Source: Lytechinus pictus
Lineage: Eukaryota
NCBI RefSeq assembly: GCF_037042905.1
Contig: NW_026974140.1
Span: 870,001 to 934,000 of the forward strand
Length of the DNA: 64,000 nt
Reading direction: 5' to 3'
In this document: positions 51,328 through 63,009 of the stretch, piece after piece
Layout of the letters: every line of letters starts with the position of its first letter
How positions within the stretch are numbered: the stretch's first letter is position 1
The notes under the pieces: model-generated
Seen by the model: the letters and a program-made list of their open reading frames with translations, nothing else
Databases searched by the model: none
Told to the model about the DNA's origin: nothing
Translations under genes and position numbers: made by a program

Positions 51328-52589
51328 CAATACATTGTGCTCACTCAACCATGAACATACAATATCAAAATCATGTGTGGAGTGGCTAAATAATGGATAG
51401 TAAAACAGCATAACACCACACCATACAATTCACCTAAAAACAATATATGCCCAATTTTGTATTTTCACAATCTGAAAAACGGCTCTTGTGACTTTCAAAA
51501 ATTGTCATTTTTTTTATTTCAACCTTTAATTACTCACGCATGACTCAACCGATCAATCTCATTTTCCCCCGGAGTTGCTTAATGAGTATAGATAACCACC
51601 TACGAAATATCATATCTCAAAAAAAATCCGTTCAAAAGTTACAGCAATTTGATTTAGGGGGGACTTACTTTTGTTGTTGTGTATATATGCAAAGTATGAT
51701 GAAAATGTTTTTGAGCAAGACTACGGAACCCCTCGCATTCCAAACGGTATTATCAGACTTTTGCCCGTTTTAGGCGCATTTTCAACTGTTTCAAGCCAAC
51801 TCGCAATAAATTGGACACTTATGAATTGAAAACGAGCACATGGACCCCATATTTTAAAAATTGTAACGTCTTTAAAATATATTCTTCTACGATCCGGAGA
51901 GTTGATGAAAATGACATGGATTTCCAATGTTTGGGAGCAGAACTATGGGACCATTCGTATTTTAGACATGTTGGACAGTATTACACTTTTGCCCGTTTTA
52001 GGCGCATTTTCGACTGTTTCAAGTCAACACGCAATAAATTGGACACTTATTATTTGAAAAAGAGCACATGGACCCCATATTTTAACGTTCCTAAACCTTC
52101 GACATGCATTCCTCTACAATTTTGCCGAATTTGATGGAAATGACATGGATTTTGAATAAAGTGCAGCTTGAACATTGTTTAAAATTTGTTTCCTTTTTTT
52201 TTAGTTTTTGCACCATTTTTGTCAAATAAGGGCGCTGCTAACTCCAAATAGATACAGTTCGCCGTTTAAAAGGTATTCTCCTATTTTGGTATCTACTTAG
52301 TTACATATCCTGCAATTTTAATGAAGTTTGGTGCGATATCGACAGAGGAAAGATAATTTAGACTCATTTGGTGAATTCATGAGGTCTAAGAGAGGCATAA
52401 TTCTCTTGAATGCGCAACATTTCAGATCATTCAAATATGTCGACTTTGAGGTCCGGTAGAAAAAAAATAAGCACCTGAACCTATATTGTTTTTGCATAGA
52501 CACCAAAGTAACTCTCTGCAAAATTTGGTGAAAATGACATGGACTTCATTTTAACTGTGGAACGTCCTTTAACAATAAAAAACAAAATA

Positions 52590-53106
52590 AATAGTGAGGG
52601 ACATCAGCGACTGTCTCATTTGCATGTTACTGACTTGTGCACAAAGAACTGTTTTGTGAAAAATATGCGAAACTTTAAAATGTCAAAACTTTCTTACAAA
52701 ATTTTACATTCGGTTTTGATGAAACTTTCAGCATCAAGCTAGTTTGATTTTTTTGTGATTGAAATCAACATTTTTCTTGGGTGGACTTGACCTTTAATGT
52801 TTTTAAAAAAGTCAACCTTCAGAACGACGAACCTTATTTCATTTACGGATAATCAAACCTTCGGCAAAGCGAACCTTATTTTGTTTTCGGATTATCGAAC
52901 TTTTAGAATAACCTTATTTTGTTTTTGGATTAACAAATCTTTGGAACAACCAACTTTATTTCGTTTTTGGATTATTGAACCTTCTGAATATCGTGACAAA
53001 TTTTCGGATTAATGAATCCTTTTCGTGTTCGCATTCACGAACATCGAGCTATAGACAATTTACGTGTTTCGGAATTACGAATCTTCGGAATTACGAAGTG
53101 TTACAC
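52590..53106. mobile_element. Degenerate Kolobok-MITE half followed by a degenerate right arm of the foldback MITE
   Basis: Diverged homologues of 22984-23174 and ~23480-23789 (CGAACATCGAG.TATAG.CAATTT.CGTGTTTCGGAATTACGAA). Confidence 0.7.
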
Positions 53107-53891
53107 TTTAAGTTTTTTAATCCAGTTCATATCAAACTTTCTTGATATAACTTCCCAAATGCATTTATTTGGCAATAAAATATTAAATGATGGGAACAGG
53201 GGCGGATCCAATATCTTTTGAAATGAGGGCACACTTTCCCTAGGAAAAAAGATTGACCAGCAAAACAAAAAATTGGAGAAGCAAAAAAAAAGGGTTTCAA
53301 CCCCAAATAACGGGATTTTGTCAACGACAAAATTTGACAGGCAAAAAAAGTATCCACTTTAGAAGGGGGGGGGGCACACTTGTTTTAACTGCATTTTCAC
53401 ATTACAAATTTTCATTGTGCCAATGGATATGAATAACATATAAATTAGTTTTAAATAATGCTCTCAAATATCTAAATTTTTATCAGATGTTTAAATAAAG
53501 CGAATATTCAAATTCTTACCTCGCAATACGTGTGAGTGCAGCGCGTCGAGCTCTAAGTCCGAGTTCCAGTCCGGGACGCCCACATTAGTGCAAGGGTAGT
53601 ATTACATTACTATTAGTAATAGGCCTAGTAGATCTAGGCTACTAACCTTGCACAAAGAACCATGGTTGGCAGTGGATTTCTAATAATGGGTCGCGCGTGC
53701 TTCTGGCGTCCACAACAAACGACTTCTACGGCTTGATTTTTCTATGCGCGGCGGCATGAAATTAACCCTTGACTGCTAAAGTTGTACCCTAAAATTGAGT
53801 CGGCTCCCGGCCAGCATTACTCGGCTAGCCTAAAATGCTAGAAGGACTAGGAATTTTTGGAGATCTTATTAAGAAGTTTTAAACCACAATA

Positions 53892-54152
53892 CAGAGTGAG
53901 TCAGAAAAAATGTCCCACTTTTGTAAAGTTGAATTGTTTGAAATATGAATATTTAATCATTAGTTTCATGATATGTCTTGATAGAGGTATCCTCCAAGTA
54001 CATTCAGGTACCATTTTCATTTGATCCCGTGCACGCATTACTGAACATCGGACAATCTTTAGAAGACTGTCAGATCTCACTTGCGCCAAGTTACTGGGTG
54101 ATGAATAAAACAGTGCTTTAGACAAAGACAGTCAGACAGACAGACTGGCATG

Positions 54153-54186
<34 letters not shown>

Positions 54187-55107
54187 TGTACGCACACACA
54201 AATACACACACACACACACATGCACACGCACTGGCATACCCACCCAAACATGCACACACAAGCACACCCTCACACACACACACACAAGCACACAATGCCC
54301 TGCGTTGAGGTTGGTACTCGTTCCTGTTCGGTGATATTTCTGAACATTCCGGAGAACAGTCTTTCTGCTGGGACACCGAACATCTGGGTAACGGCGGCGA
54401 AACCCTTGCAAAACATCTGCTACACTCTGAGTCCTTGCATACTCGGTGACCATAAATGTTGTGGTGTGAATTGAGGACGAACCATGATTCGTGTACTTTT
54501 GCTACTGTAAAAAGAGGCTCAAGTGACTGCTGCAAATCAGGCAAGCCCTTGTATAGGCAAGTGCAACAAAAGCACAGACATCCATTGTAAATTTTCATTG
54601 TTAACCAACAAAAGACATAACCAGCATATTGGATTTATGTGCACTTGATGATGATGATGAAGATTAAGATCAAGATCAAGAGGATGACAATGAGGATGAT
54701 GATGATGATATGATGGTGGTAGTGAATGTGTTTTAAGGGGAAAGATTGTCGGGAATTGCCACTTAAACATTCAGCGAGCTTGCTAAAAATCAATGCTTAA
54801 TCAGAAAAGAGAAAATTATGAACCAGTTATTACCATGTGTGTATTTTTGTGTTTGTGTGTGTGTGTGTGTTTCAGTCTGTCGGACTGTCTTTGTTCAAAA
54901 GAGTGTTTTATTCCCCACCCTGTAACTTGGCGCAAGTGAGATCTGACAGTCTTCTAAAGATTGTCCGCTGTTCAGTCATGCGTGCAGCGGATCAAATGAA
55001 AAAGGTACCTGAATCTATCAAGACATATCATGAAACTAATGATTGAATATTCATATTTTAAACAATTCAACTTTACAAAAGTGGGAAATTTTTTCTGACT
55101 CTCTCTG
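53892..55107 (-). mobile_element. Internally deleted Tc1/mariner-superfamily element with long TIRs
   Basis: TA|CAGAGTGAGTCAGAAAAA...TTTTTCTGACTCTCTCTG|TA, with TIRs of ~250-280 bp running into (CA)n. The remnant N-terminal HTH MVRPQFTPQH/FMVTEYARTQSVADVLQGFRRRYPDVRCPSRKTVLRNVQKYHRTGTSTNLNAG lies at ~54300-54485. Confidence 0.88.
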
Positions 55108-55720
55108 TATAAGGAGTGAAATTTTTTTTCACGCAGCTCGAAAAAAATCAAACCTGCACTCAGCAGGCTGCACCCGACCGGCCCGATCATGGCTGTAGCT
55201 GTACTAGCCTGTAGGTCTATGGCATGCTGTAGATAGGCTTGTCTGTCGTCGTTTGAGGGAATGCTGGCCTACAGTACGGCCAGGCCTGGGCTGGTTGTTG
55301 TCGAGTTACGTACTGCAGTAAGCCATAATGCACCCAACCTCGTACTCGTGTGAGTGTAATGCACCATGATGGCATGGTGCATTAGCAGGTGAGGTGGTTC
55401 AAATTGTCACGCCATCCCGGCACGCAATACCGTGTGAAAATCATGAAAATCAATTTAGAAAGCTTGGCCTCAATTTTATTATCATCATCAGCATCATCAC
55501 CACCACCACTTAGAATTATAATACTTAAACTTACAATTACAACTACCAGATCACATATTTGAGTAGTATTCGATCCGAAAGTTTGGCTAACTCGCCTGGA
55601 CTGCTTTTGATCGATGATCAGCTGTTTATCGATCCGAGCGCTGCGCTAGCTCTGCGAGTCATTTTGTGCGTCACAATGTATGATAGGTCTACCATTTTTA
55701 TGCCATAATTCTAAGCTGGG

Positions 55721-58700
55721 CAGGGACGGATCCAGCCTTCGCTAAAAGGGGGGGGGGGCCGGAATTTTTTTTCAGCCATATTTTCCCTGATCGGCCGCTC
55801 GAAGACGAGTTTTGGTTTCTTTGAAGGGGTAGTCCTAATAGACACTTCTTGGCTTATTCGTATAAATTAACATCAATATATAATATTACAATCTTTATTT
55901 ATATAATGCGAGCGCAAAGTGCGAGCTAATTTTTTTTGGAAATCTTATGTATTTTTTTCTAAGATTTGAACATTCTGGGCAATGTTTATCCTGAATAAAA
56001 GATGTGTATGCAACTTAATAAGTACTACTAACGCGAAGCGCGAGCAGAAAAGAAATGGTGAAAAAGGTACATGTTAAAGACTGCATGCGGTTAGCCATGC
56101 AGACGTTACATATTTTAAAAATCAAATAATGCGAGCGCAAAGCGCGAGCTGAAATTATTATACATTTTTACCTAGAGAATGGAAATTCTAAGCACTTTTT
56201 GTAACTTAAGCAGAATAGGTATATAACTAAACAATTGATGCGAGCGCGAAGCACGGACGGAAAATTTCGAGATTTCGACCTACTGAACTAGACAATCTAT
56301 TCATGTTTTGTAAATCATAAAAAGGATGAGTAATTGGGAAACTTCCTTACAATAGACGGGTCAATATACGACCAAAAATAGCCTTACCCGGAACTAATTG
56401 CAACAAATGATTTTTCAATGGTATTTTGTACTATTTGACCTCAGGAATAACATACTAAAAATCTACCAAAATCCGCATCCGGGAAAGTGGTTATTTTCAA
56501 GATGCCGTCCAAGATGGCCGCCATTCACTGAAAATCGATACAACTGACACATTATCCACCTTAGATCCCTTTTCGGTCCATATTCCATGGTCTGGTGGTA
56601 CAAAAATTGATTTAGGCTAGAAAGAATTATAAGCCCTCCAGGGTACCAGAAAAATCCAAGATGGCGCCCAAATGGCTGCCATGGACTGAAAATCCACAAT
56701 TCATCTAAGTTTTTTTTTTATTCAATGGTTTTAAGGGTGAAATAGTACATAGAAACAAGTTACAAGGACAGCCAGTGGTCTGGTGTGTCCAAAAAATCCA
56801 AGATGGCTTCCAAAAATGGAGTTTAAAATGGCTGTTGATAATTAAAATGGACATGGTTCATTTCATATCCGCCTGGGACATAAGGATTTTGGTGTCTAGA
56901 CCATGATTTCAATGGTCAAATAAGATATTGGGACAAGTTACAAGGACAGTCAGTGGTCCAGTATGTTTAAAAATCCAAGATGGCTTCCAAAAATGGAGTC
57001 GAAAATTGCTGTTGCTACTTAAAAAAACGACATAGTTTGCTCAATGTCCAGAAATATGATTTTTTTTTTGGTCTATACCATGGGTTAAATGGGTCAAATA
57101 ATACACTGGGACAAGTTACAAGGAAAGTCAGTGGGCTGGCATGTGCAAAAATCCTCGATGGATTCTAAAAATTGATTCTGAAATGGCTGCTAATTATATA
57201 AAGCGGACATAGTTCATTTAATTTTGGCCTGAGATATTTCTTTTTGATGTCTAAACCACTGGTTTCAAGGGTCAAATAATATATTAAGATACGTTACAAG
57301 GACAGTCAATGGTCTGATATGTCCAAAAATCGAAGATGGCGTCCAAAATTGGTCTTAAAATATGCTGATGATACTTAAAGCAGACAAAGCTCATTTCATA
57401 TCGGCCTGGAAATGTGATTTTGGTGTCTAAAGCACTAGTTTCAAGGATCAATTAATACATTAGTGCAAGTTACAAGGACAGTCAGTGGCCTGGTCGGGCA
57501 AAAAACCTAAGTTGGCTTCCAAAAATTGATTCTAAATTGACTGCTGCTACTTAAAACGGACATAGCTTCTTTCATATCGGCATGGGAGATGCGATTTTGG
57601 TGTCTAAACCACTGGTTTAAGGGCCAAAATAATACATTAGGACAGGTTTTAAGGCCAGTCAGTGGTCTGGTATGACCAAAATCCAATATGGCTTCCAAAA
57701 CTTGATTCTAAAATGGCTTTTGATACTTAAAAGTGGCATAGCTCGTTTTAAATCCGCCTGTGCGATATGATTTCGGTGTCTAAACTATGGTTTCAAGGGT
57801 CAAATTATATATTAGGACAAGACAATGGCAGTCAGTGGTCTAGTATGTCCAAAATTACAAGATGGCTTCCAAAAATTGAGTAAAAAAATGTCTGATGTTA
57901 CTTATATAAGGACATAGTTTGTTTAATATCTGTCTGGGGAATGTGAGTTTGGTGTTAAAAGCATGGTTTAGAAGGGTCAAGTAATACACTAGGGTAAGTT
58001 ACAACACCAGTCAGTTGTCTGTATGTTAAAAAATCCAAGATTACTTTTTTAAATGGGGTGTAAATTGACTGTTGCATAGTTTATTATAAATACACCTTAG
58101 AGGTATGATTTTGCTGTCTATACTAGAGTTTACAGGGTCAAGCAATACATTGGGTTAAGTTGAAAGGGCAGTCAGGTGTCAGGTATGTCCAAAAATCAAA
58201 GATGGCTTAAAAAATGGGGGTCTTAAATGACTGCTGTTACTTAAAAGTGGATGTAGAACATTATAAATACACCTTGGGGATATTGTTTTGGTGTCTACAC
58301 TAGGGTTTCAAGGGCCAAACAATACTTTGGGACTGGTTACCATGATATGCAGCTATCCAGTTTGCCTTAAAATCCAAGTTTGCTTTAAAAAATGGGTTCT
58401 AAAGTGACTACTGTTACATAAAATATCTACCTGTTAGAAATAATTTTGGTGCCTACACTTAAATGCATGGGGACAAGTAATCATATCGTTTCATGAGTTG
58501 GTAACAGCACCAATTTTAATGAAATTTTAGAATCCATCATGGATTCTTTGACAAAATGGGGTACTAACCATCCTTGTTACTTGTCCGAATGTATTATTTG
58601 ACCCTTCATACCAAAATTTGGACACCAACATTATTTCTTGCAGATGAATATTGTAGAACTCTGACCACTATTGAATGAAATGAGTCGTTTTAGATTCCTT

Positions 58701-61336
58701 TTTTAAAAACCCTCTTGTGTTTTAGGCAAACTGGACAACTGCATATCAATGTAACCAGTCCAAACGTATTACTTTACTCATGAAACCATAGTGTGGACAC
58801 CGAAATCATATCTCCTAGGTGGATTTTAAATGAATTATGTCAATTTTTAAAGTAACAGCAGTCATTTTAGACTCCGATTTTGGAAGCCTTCTTAGATTTT
58901 CGACATACTGGACCACTTACTGTCCTTGTAACTATTTTTTTGCCTTTGAAACCATGATATAGGCAACGAAATCATATGCCCTTGACGAATAAAGCATGAA
59001 CTATGTCCATTTTTAAATACCATCGCGGCTAATTGATACTATTTTTAAGCCACCGTGGACTTTTGGACATACGTTACCACCAATCGTCCTTGTAACCTAT
59101 CCCAATTTATTAGTTGACCCATTTAACCATGGTATAGGCACAAAAATCATATTCCCGGATATTGAACAAACTATGTTGAGTTTTTTTAAGTAGCAACAGC
59201 ATTTTTTACTCCATTTTTGGAAGCCATCTTGGATTTTTGAACAAACCGGACCACTGACTGTCCTTGTAACTTGTCCCAATGTATTATTTAAGCATGGTCT
59301 AGACACCAACATCATATCTCTCAGGTGGATGTGATATGAGCTATGTCCATTTTAAGGATTAACAGCCATTTTAAACTCAATTTTTGGAAGCCATCTTGGA
59401 TTTTTCGACCCACCAGACCACTGGCTGTCCATGTAACTTGTCCCGACGTACTACTTCATCATTAAAACAATCGAATGGAAACCAAATTAAAGCCACTTAA
59501 GTAAGTAAAAGACGAATTGTGGAATTTTTAGACTAGGGCAGCCATTTGGGCGCCATCTTGGATTTTCCTGGTAGCCTGGAGTGCTAATATTCACTCTAAC
59601 TTGTATAAATAAATTCTTTTACCCATTGGACCATGGAATATGAATCCAAATAGGATTCTAGGGTGGATAATGAGTGAGTTATATCCATTTTTAGTGAATG
59701 GCGGCCATCTTGGACGCCATCTTAAAAATAACCACTTTCCCGGATGCGGATTTTGGTAGATTTTTAGTATGTTATTACTGAGGTCAAATAGTACAAAATA
59801 CCGTTGAAAAATCATTTGTTGCAATTTGTTCCGGGTCAAACCATATATTGACCCGTCTACAATAATAATGCGAGCGCAAAGCGCGAGCAGAAAATTTTAA
59901 TATACGTTTTGAACTGATGGAAAAGGTACCTGTTAAGGACTGCTTGCACCTAGCCATAAAGACGTTACATATATCAACAACCAGCTAATGCCAGCGCGAA
60001 GCGCGAGCTGAAATTGTTTGTAATTGTGAACAGGATAGCTATAAAAACTAAACAATTGATGTGAGCGCAAAGCGCGAGCGGAAAAAAATCGAGATTTAGG
60101 CCTAAACACGGGACAGTCTATTCATGTTTTGTAAATCATGAGAAGAATGCGTAATAGGGGATCTTCCTACATTAATAATTCGAGCACAAAGCACGAGCAG
60201 ACATTTTTGAAATTGTGATATGAAACTAGATAATGATTTAAGTAGAAAAAAAGTTGAGTATATGAATAAACATGCGCGCGCGTGTGATATAATTCAGACC
60301 TAGAATCTGGTCATTCTAAATACATCTTTTATCATGAAAATCAAAGCGAGCGTGAAGAGCGAGCTTAAACTTTTTGATATTCCGATCGGAATAAATGGTC
60401 AGTTTCAGCTCTTTATTTCAAGCACTTTGTAGGAAAATTGTGAGTTGGATATGGATCGCACTTGATAAACAGCTGATATTTTTTTTTATTATAATTACTT
60501 TGAGTTTTGACCGGGACATCATTTAGTATATATTATCATATGAAAATTCTTCCTATTCCTCTTGCTAAGTGCAAGATGAAACAAATTGGACAATTTAATT
60601 ATTAAATTAATATCTCATTCATTAATGCCTAATGAGGGCACGAAATCTGATGATATTATGGCCTCAAAACTTGATATTTCAAGGAATTTTGTGATTATAA
60701 ATAGGATGCATCAGTTAATATATTTTCAACCATTAATGCGAGCGCAAATTGCGAGCCTAATTTTTTTTATACAAAGTTTTGAAAAGAGGATTTTAAGTAG
60801 TTTGTTGTTTATTCAATATTGAGACATACATAACTGGCCAATCAAAATGCGAGTGTGCAGCGCTAGCTGATACGTTTTGACAATCAGACCTGAAAAGGGA
60901 TATTTTGACAACTTTATGAAATACATGACAATAATAGGTACCTGATAAATCAAAATTTGCGAGCGCGCAGCGCGAGCAGAAATAAATTTTAATATTCAGA
61001 CCATAAAACTAACATTTTTACAGAGCACTTTTTTAAATCAATTTGTAAATCACACAAAATAATGAAAGTTAGATTTTCGAGATGAAATATATATTGAACA
61101 AGATATGAAAATCACCTAACAGATAATGTGAGCGCGAAGCACGAGCGAAATTTTTTTATAGTGACATGAGAGATTCTTTTTATTTTCCAAGTCTTCCCCT
61201 TATCTTATCTTATTCACTCGTCTTCCTCCTCTTCTTTTTCTCCTCTCTTTTCCCTCCTTTTTTTATTTCCTTTTTTTCTCCGCCAATAGGGGGGGCGGGC
61301 CCCTCGCCCCCCCCCCCCCCCCTGGATCCGCCTACG
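55721..61336. mobile_element. Non-autonomous element with GCGAGCGCGAAGCGCGAGC repeats and 5-bp TSD, containing a 3.5-kb insertion
   Basis: CTGGG|CAGGGACGGATCCAG...CTGGATCCGCCTACG|CTGGG; G/C runs lie inside both ends. Confidence 0.8.
56353..59859. mobile_element. Academ-like foldback element, 3.5 kb, with long inverted arms of ~178-bp tandem repeats
   Basis: CAA|TAGACGGGTCAATATA...TATATTGACCCGTCTA|CAA. There is >300 bp of terminal inverted similarity, and the internal CCAAGATGGCTTCCAAAAA repeats switch orientation near 58550. Confidence 0.9.
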
Positions 61337-61399
61337 CTGGGAAAAAAATGACAATAACTGATGTTAGATCTACCGTAATGATCAAAATTATGTAAATGA

Positions 61400-61846
61400 C
61401 GATCGACTTAACCAACTACGTAAAAACGCATGGCGGGAGAACTTGAAGGTTCACCTGCACCGCATTTGTGCGGCTTGTGAGTCTCAAGAAAACTGGTGTC
61501 AGTTTGTCAATGAGATGCAACGCAGTTTCCTTGGTGAACCGATACCGCTGCACAAAATCGTGATTGTCGTAAATGTGGAAGGGTTTTTTGTCTTTCAACG
61601 TCCGGCCTCTCTATCTCTTTTTGTTTCCGATTCAGCTCGAGCATTTGCTCCCCCCGCCGCAAGGCAACAAGCAGATCAGCCATTTGAAAGTTAAACCATG
61701 GTTAAACTACCCCTTGGCGTAGTCTAAATTTTGTGCAAGTTAGACTCGACTTGCATTTCTTGAACCCGCGGTCTAAAGTGAAATTTTGACTGGAATTAGA
61801 CCAGACTTAAACCGAGATTTAAGACCTGACTTCAGAATACGGGCCC
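61400..61846 (-). mobile_element. Harbinger left end with frameshifted transposase N-terminus
   Basis: Terminus GGGCCCGTATTCTGAAGTCAGG, ATG at 61683, then LKDKKPFHIYDNHDFVQRYRFTKETALHLIDKL...TSRTNAVQVNLQVL../MRFY, a typical Harbinger transposase N-terminus. Confidence 0.8.
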
Positions 61847-62277
61847 ATATAAACAACTGGCTGGCCTCTTTTTTTAACCTCATTTCTCCCTATTGAAATA
61901 TACCCGAAACTTCCGCCCCACTTACACGGCCTTTCATAACAAGCCCATCAAAGATAACATTTGTAAAGAGGAACTAAAGCGGCTTGAAAGGAAAAAAAGT
62001 TTCATGTGTAATCATTGTTGACTGTCAAACAAAGTTTTATCAATCCAGATTCCAACTTCGATTTATCATTGATCCGTCACGTTTTCAAACAATTTTTGAG
62101 CTTCCGATAACGTGCAAGTATTGGCTTGTTACCCGGATAATTTTATCTAAACCAGCTGTTTCCATTATTATCAAAAAGGAGATCACACTAATTTCATAAC
62201 TTAAGTTACAATTGTAAAAAGTAATTCAGATAAAAAAACATCGAAAGGGCGGGATGTCGCAAAAAAAGTATATTCAC

Positions 62278-62466
62278 CGTCTGATTTAAACTCATCTTGT
62301 GAGGCATGCCCCGTCTTGCCTGCCTTTCGTCTGTTGAATTCAGCCAAAAGTGCTTTGTATGGATTTCGCACCAGGAGAATTGCCCCGACTGCCTCAGTAC
62401 GATATCGATGGGTTTTGACAGTTAGAGCCTTTCCAGAAAATGGTTCTGCACTTTCTCCTATGAAAC
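62278..62466 (-). CDS. WSCD: Internal coding exon of a WSCD1/WSCD2-like sulfotransferase (WSC-domain family)
   Basis: CAG| 189 bp |GTGAAT, phase 1-1, no stops: (G)FIGESAEPFSGKALTVKTHRYRTEAVGAILLVRNPYKALLAEFNRRKAGKTGHASQDEFKSD. This matches the WSCD motifs GFxGE...KTH...AILLIRNPYxALxAEFNR. Confidence 0.88.
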
Positions 62467-62686
62467 CTGCCGTTATAAGTCATTGGACAAAGAAAAAATA
62501 CATTAACTGACATGACTCTTCCCAAATAGATACAAGCACCCTTATCAATTTTCCGTGGTAACAAAGCCCATAACGCGACCAAAAATGAAAACAATGTCTT
62601 ATAAACCCATTTTTTGTTATTGCTCTATTAACCTTAATAGGACTAGGGACTTATTTGTTGACCGCACCGCTAGCTGACTTTTTATA

Positions 62687-63009
62687 TAGACGGGTCAATA
62701 TATGGTTTGACCCGAAACAAATTGCAACAAAATATTTTTCAACGGTTTTTGGACTTTTCGACCTCAGGAATAACATACTAAAAATCTACCAAAATCCGCA
62801 TATGGGAAAGTGGTTATTTTCAAGATGGCGTCCAAGATGGCCGCCAATCACTGATAATGGATATAACTCACTCATTATCCACCCTAGAATCCTATTTAGG
62901 TTAATATTCCATGGTTCAGTGGGTAAGCGAATTTATTGATACAAGTTAGAGTGAATATTAGCACTCCAGGGTACCAGGAAAATCTAAAATAGCCCCCAAA
63001 ATGACTGCC
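62687..63009. mobile_element. Terminal fragment of a second copy of the 56353-59859 Academ-like family
   Basis: Starts TAGACGGGTCAATATATGGTTTGACCCG, nearly the reverse complement of 59540-59859, and is interrupted at 63010. Confidence 0.85.

Larger units (their letters stand above)
41523..52568. mobile_element. TTAA-type (Kolobok-like) non-autonomous DNA transposon hosting a LINE, a Tx1 element and MITEs
   Basis: The left TIR AGGACGTTGCACAGTTA matches the right-end reverse complement AGGACGTTCCACAGTTA at 16/17 positions. The right flank is TTAA (52569-52572) and the left flank is degenerate (TCTA). Related subterminal blocks (GCGC(G/A)TTTTC..., AATAAAGTGCAGC) occur near both ends. Confidence 0.7.

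Noticed and set aside
54077..54770. Cys/Val-rich and His-rich ORFs
   Set aside because: They come from (TG)n and (GAT)n microsatellites; only the HTH segment is meaningful.
56750..59450. ~178-bp array as a CRISPR or centromeric satellite
   Set aside because: It lies inside a TIR/TSD-bounded element and inverts at the centre.
62316..62594. ORF-track calls 62316..62510 (+) and 62394..62594 (-)
   Set aside because: They are antisense or out-of-frame shadows of the WSCD-like exon.
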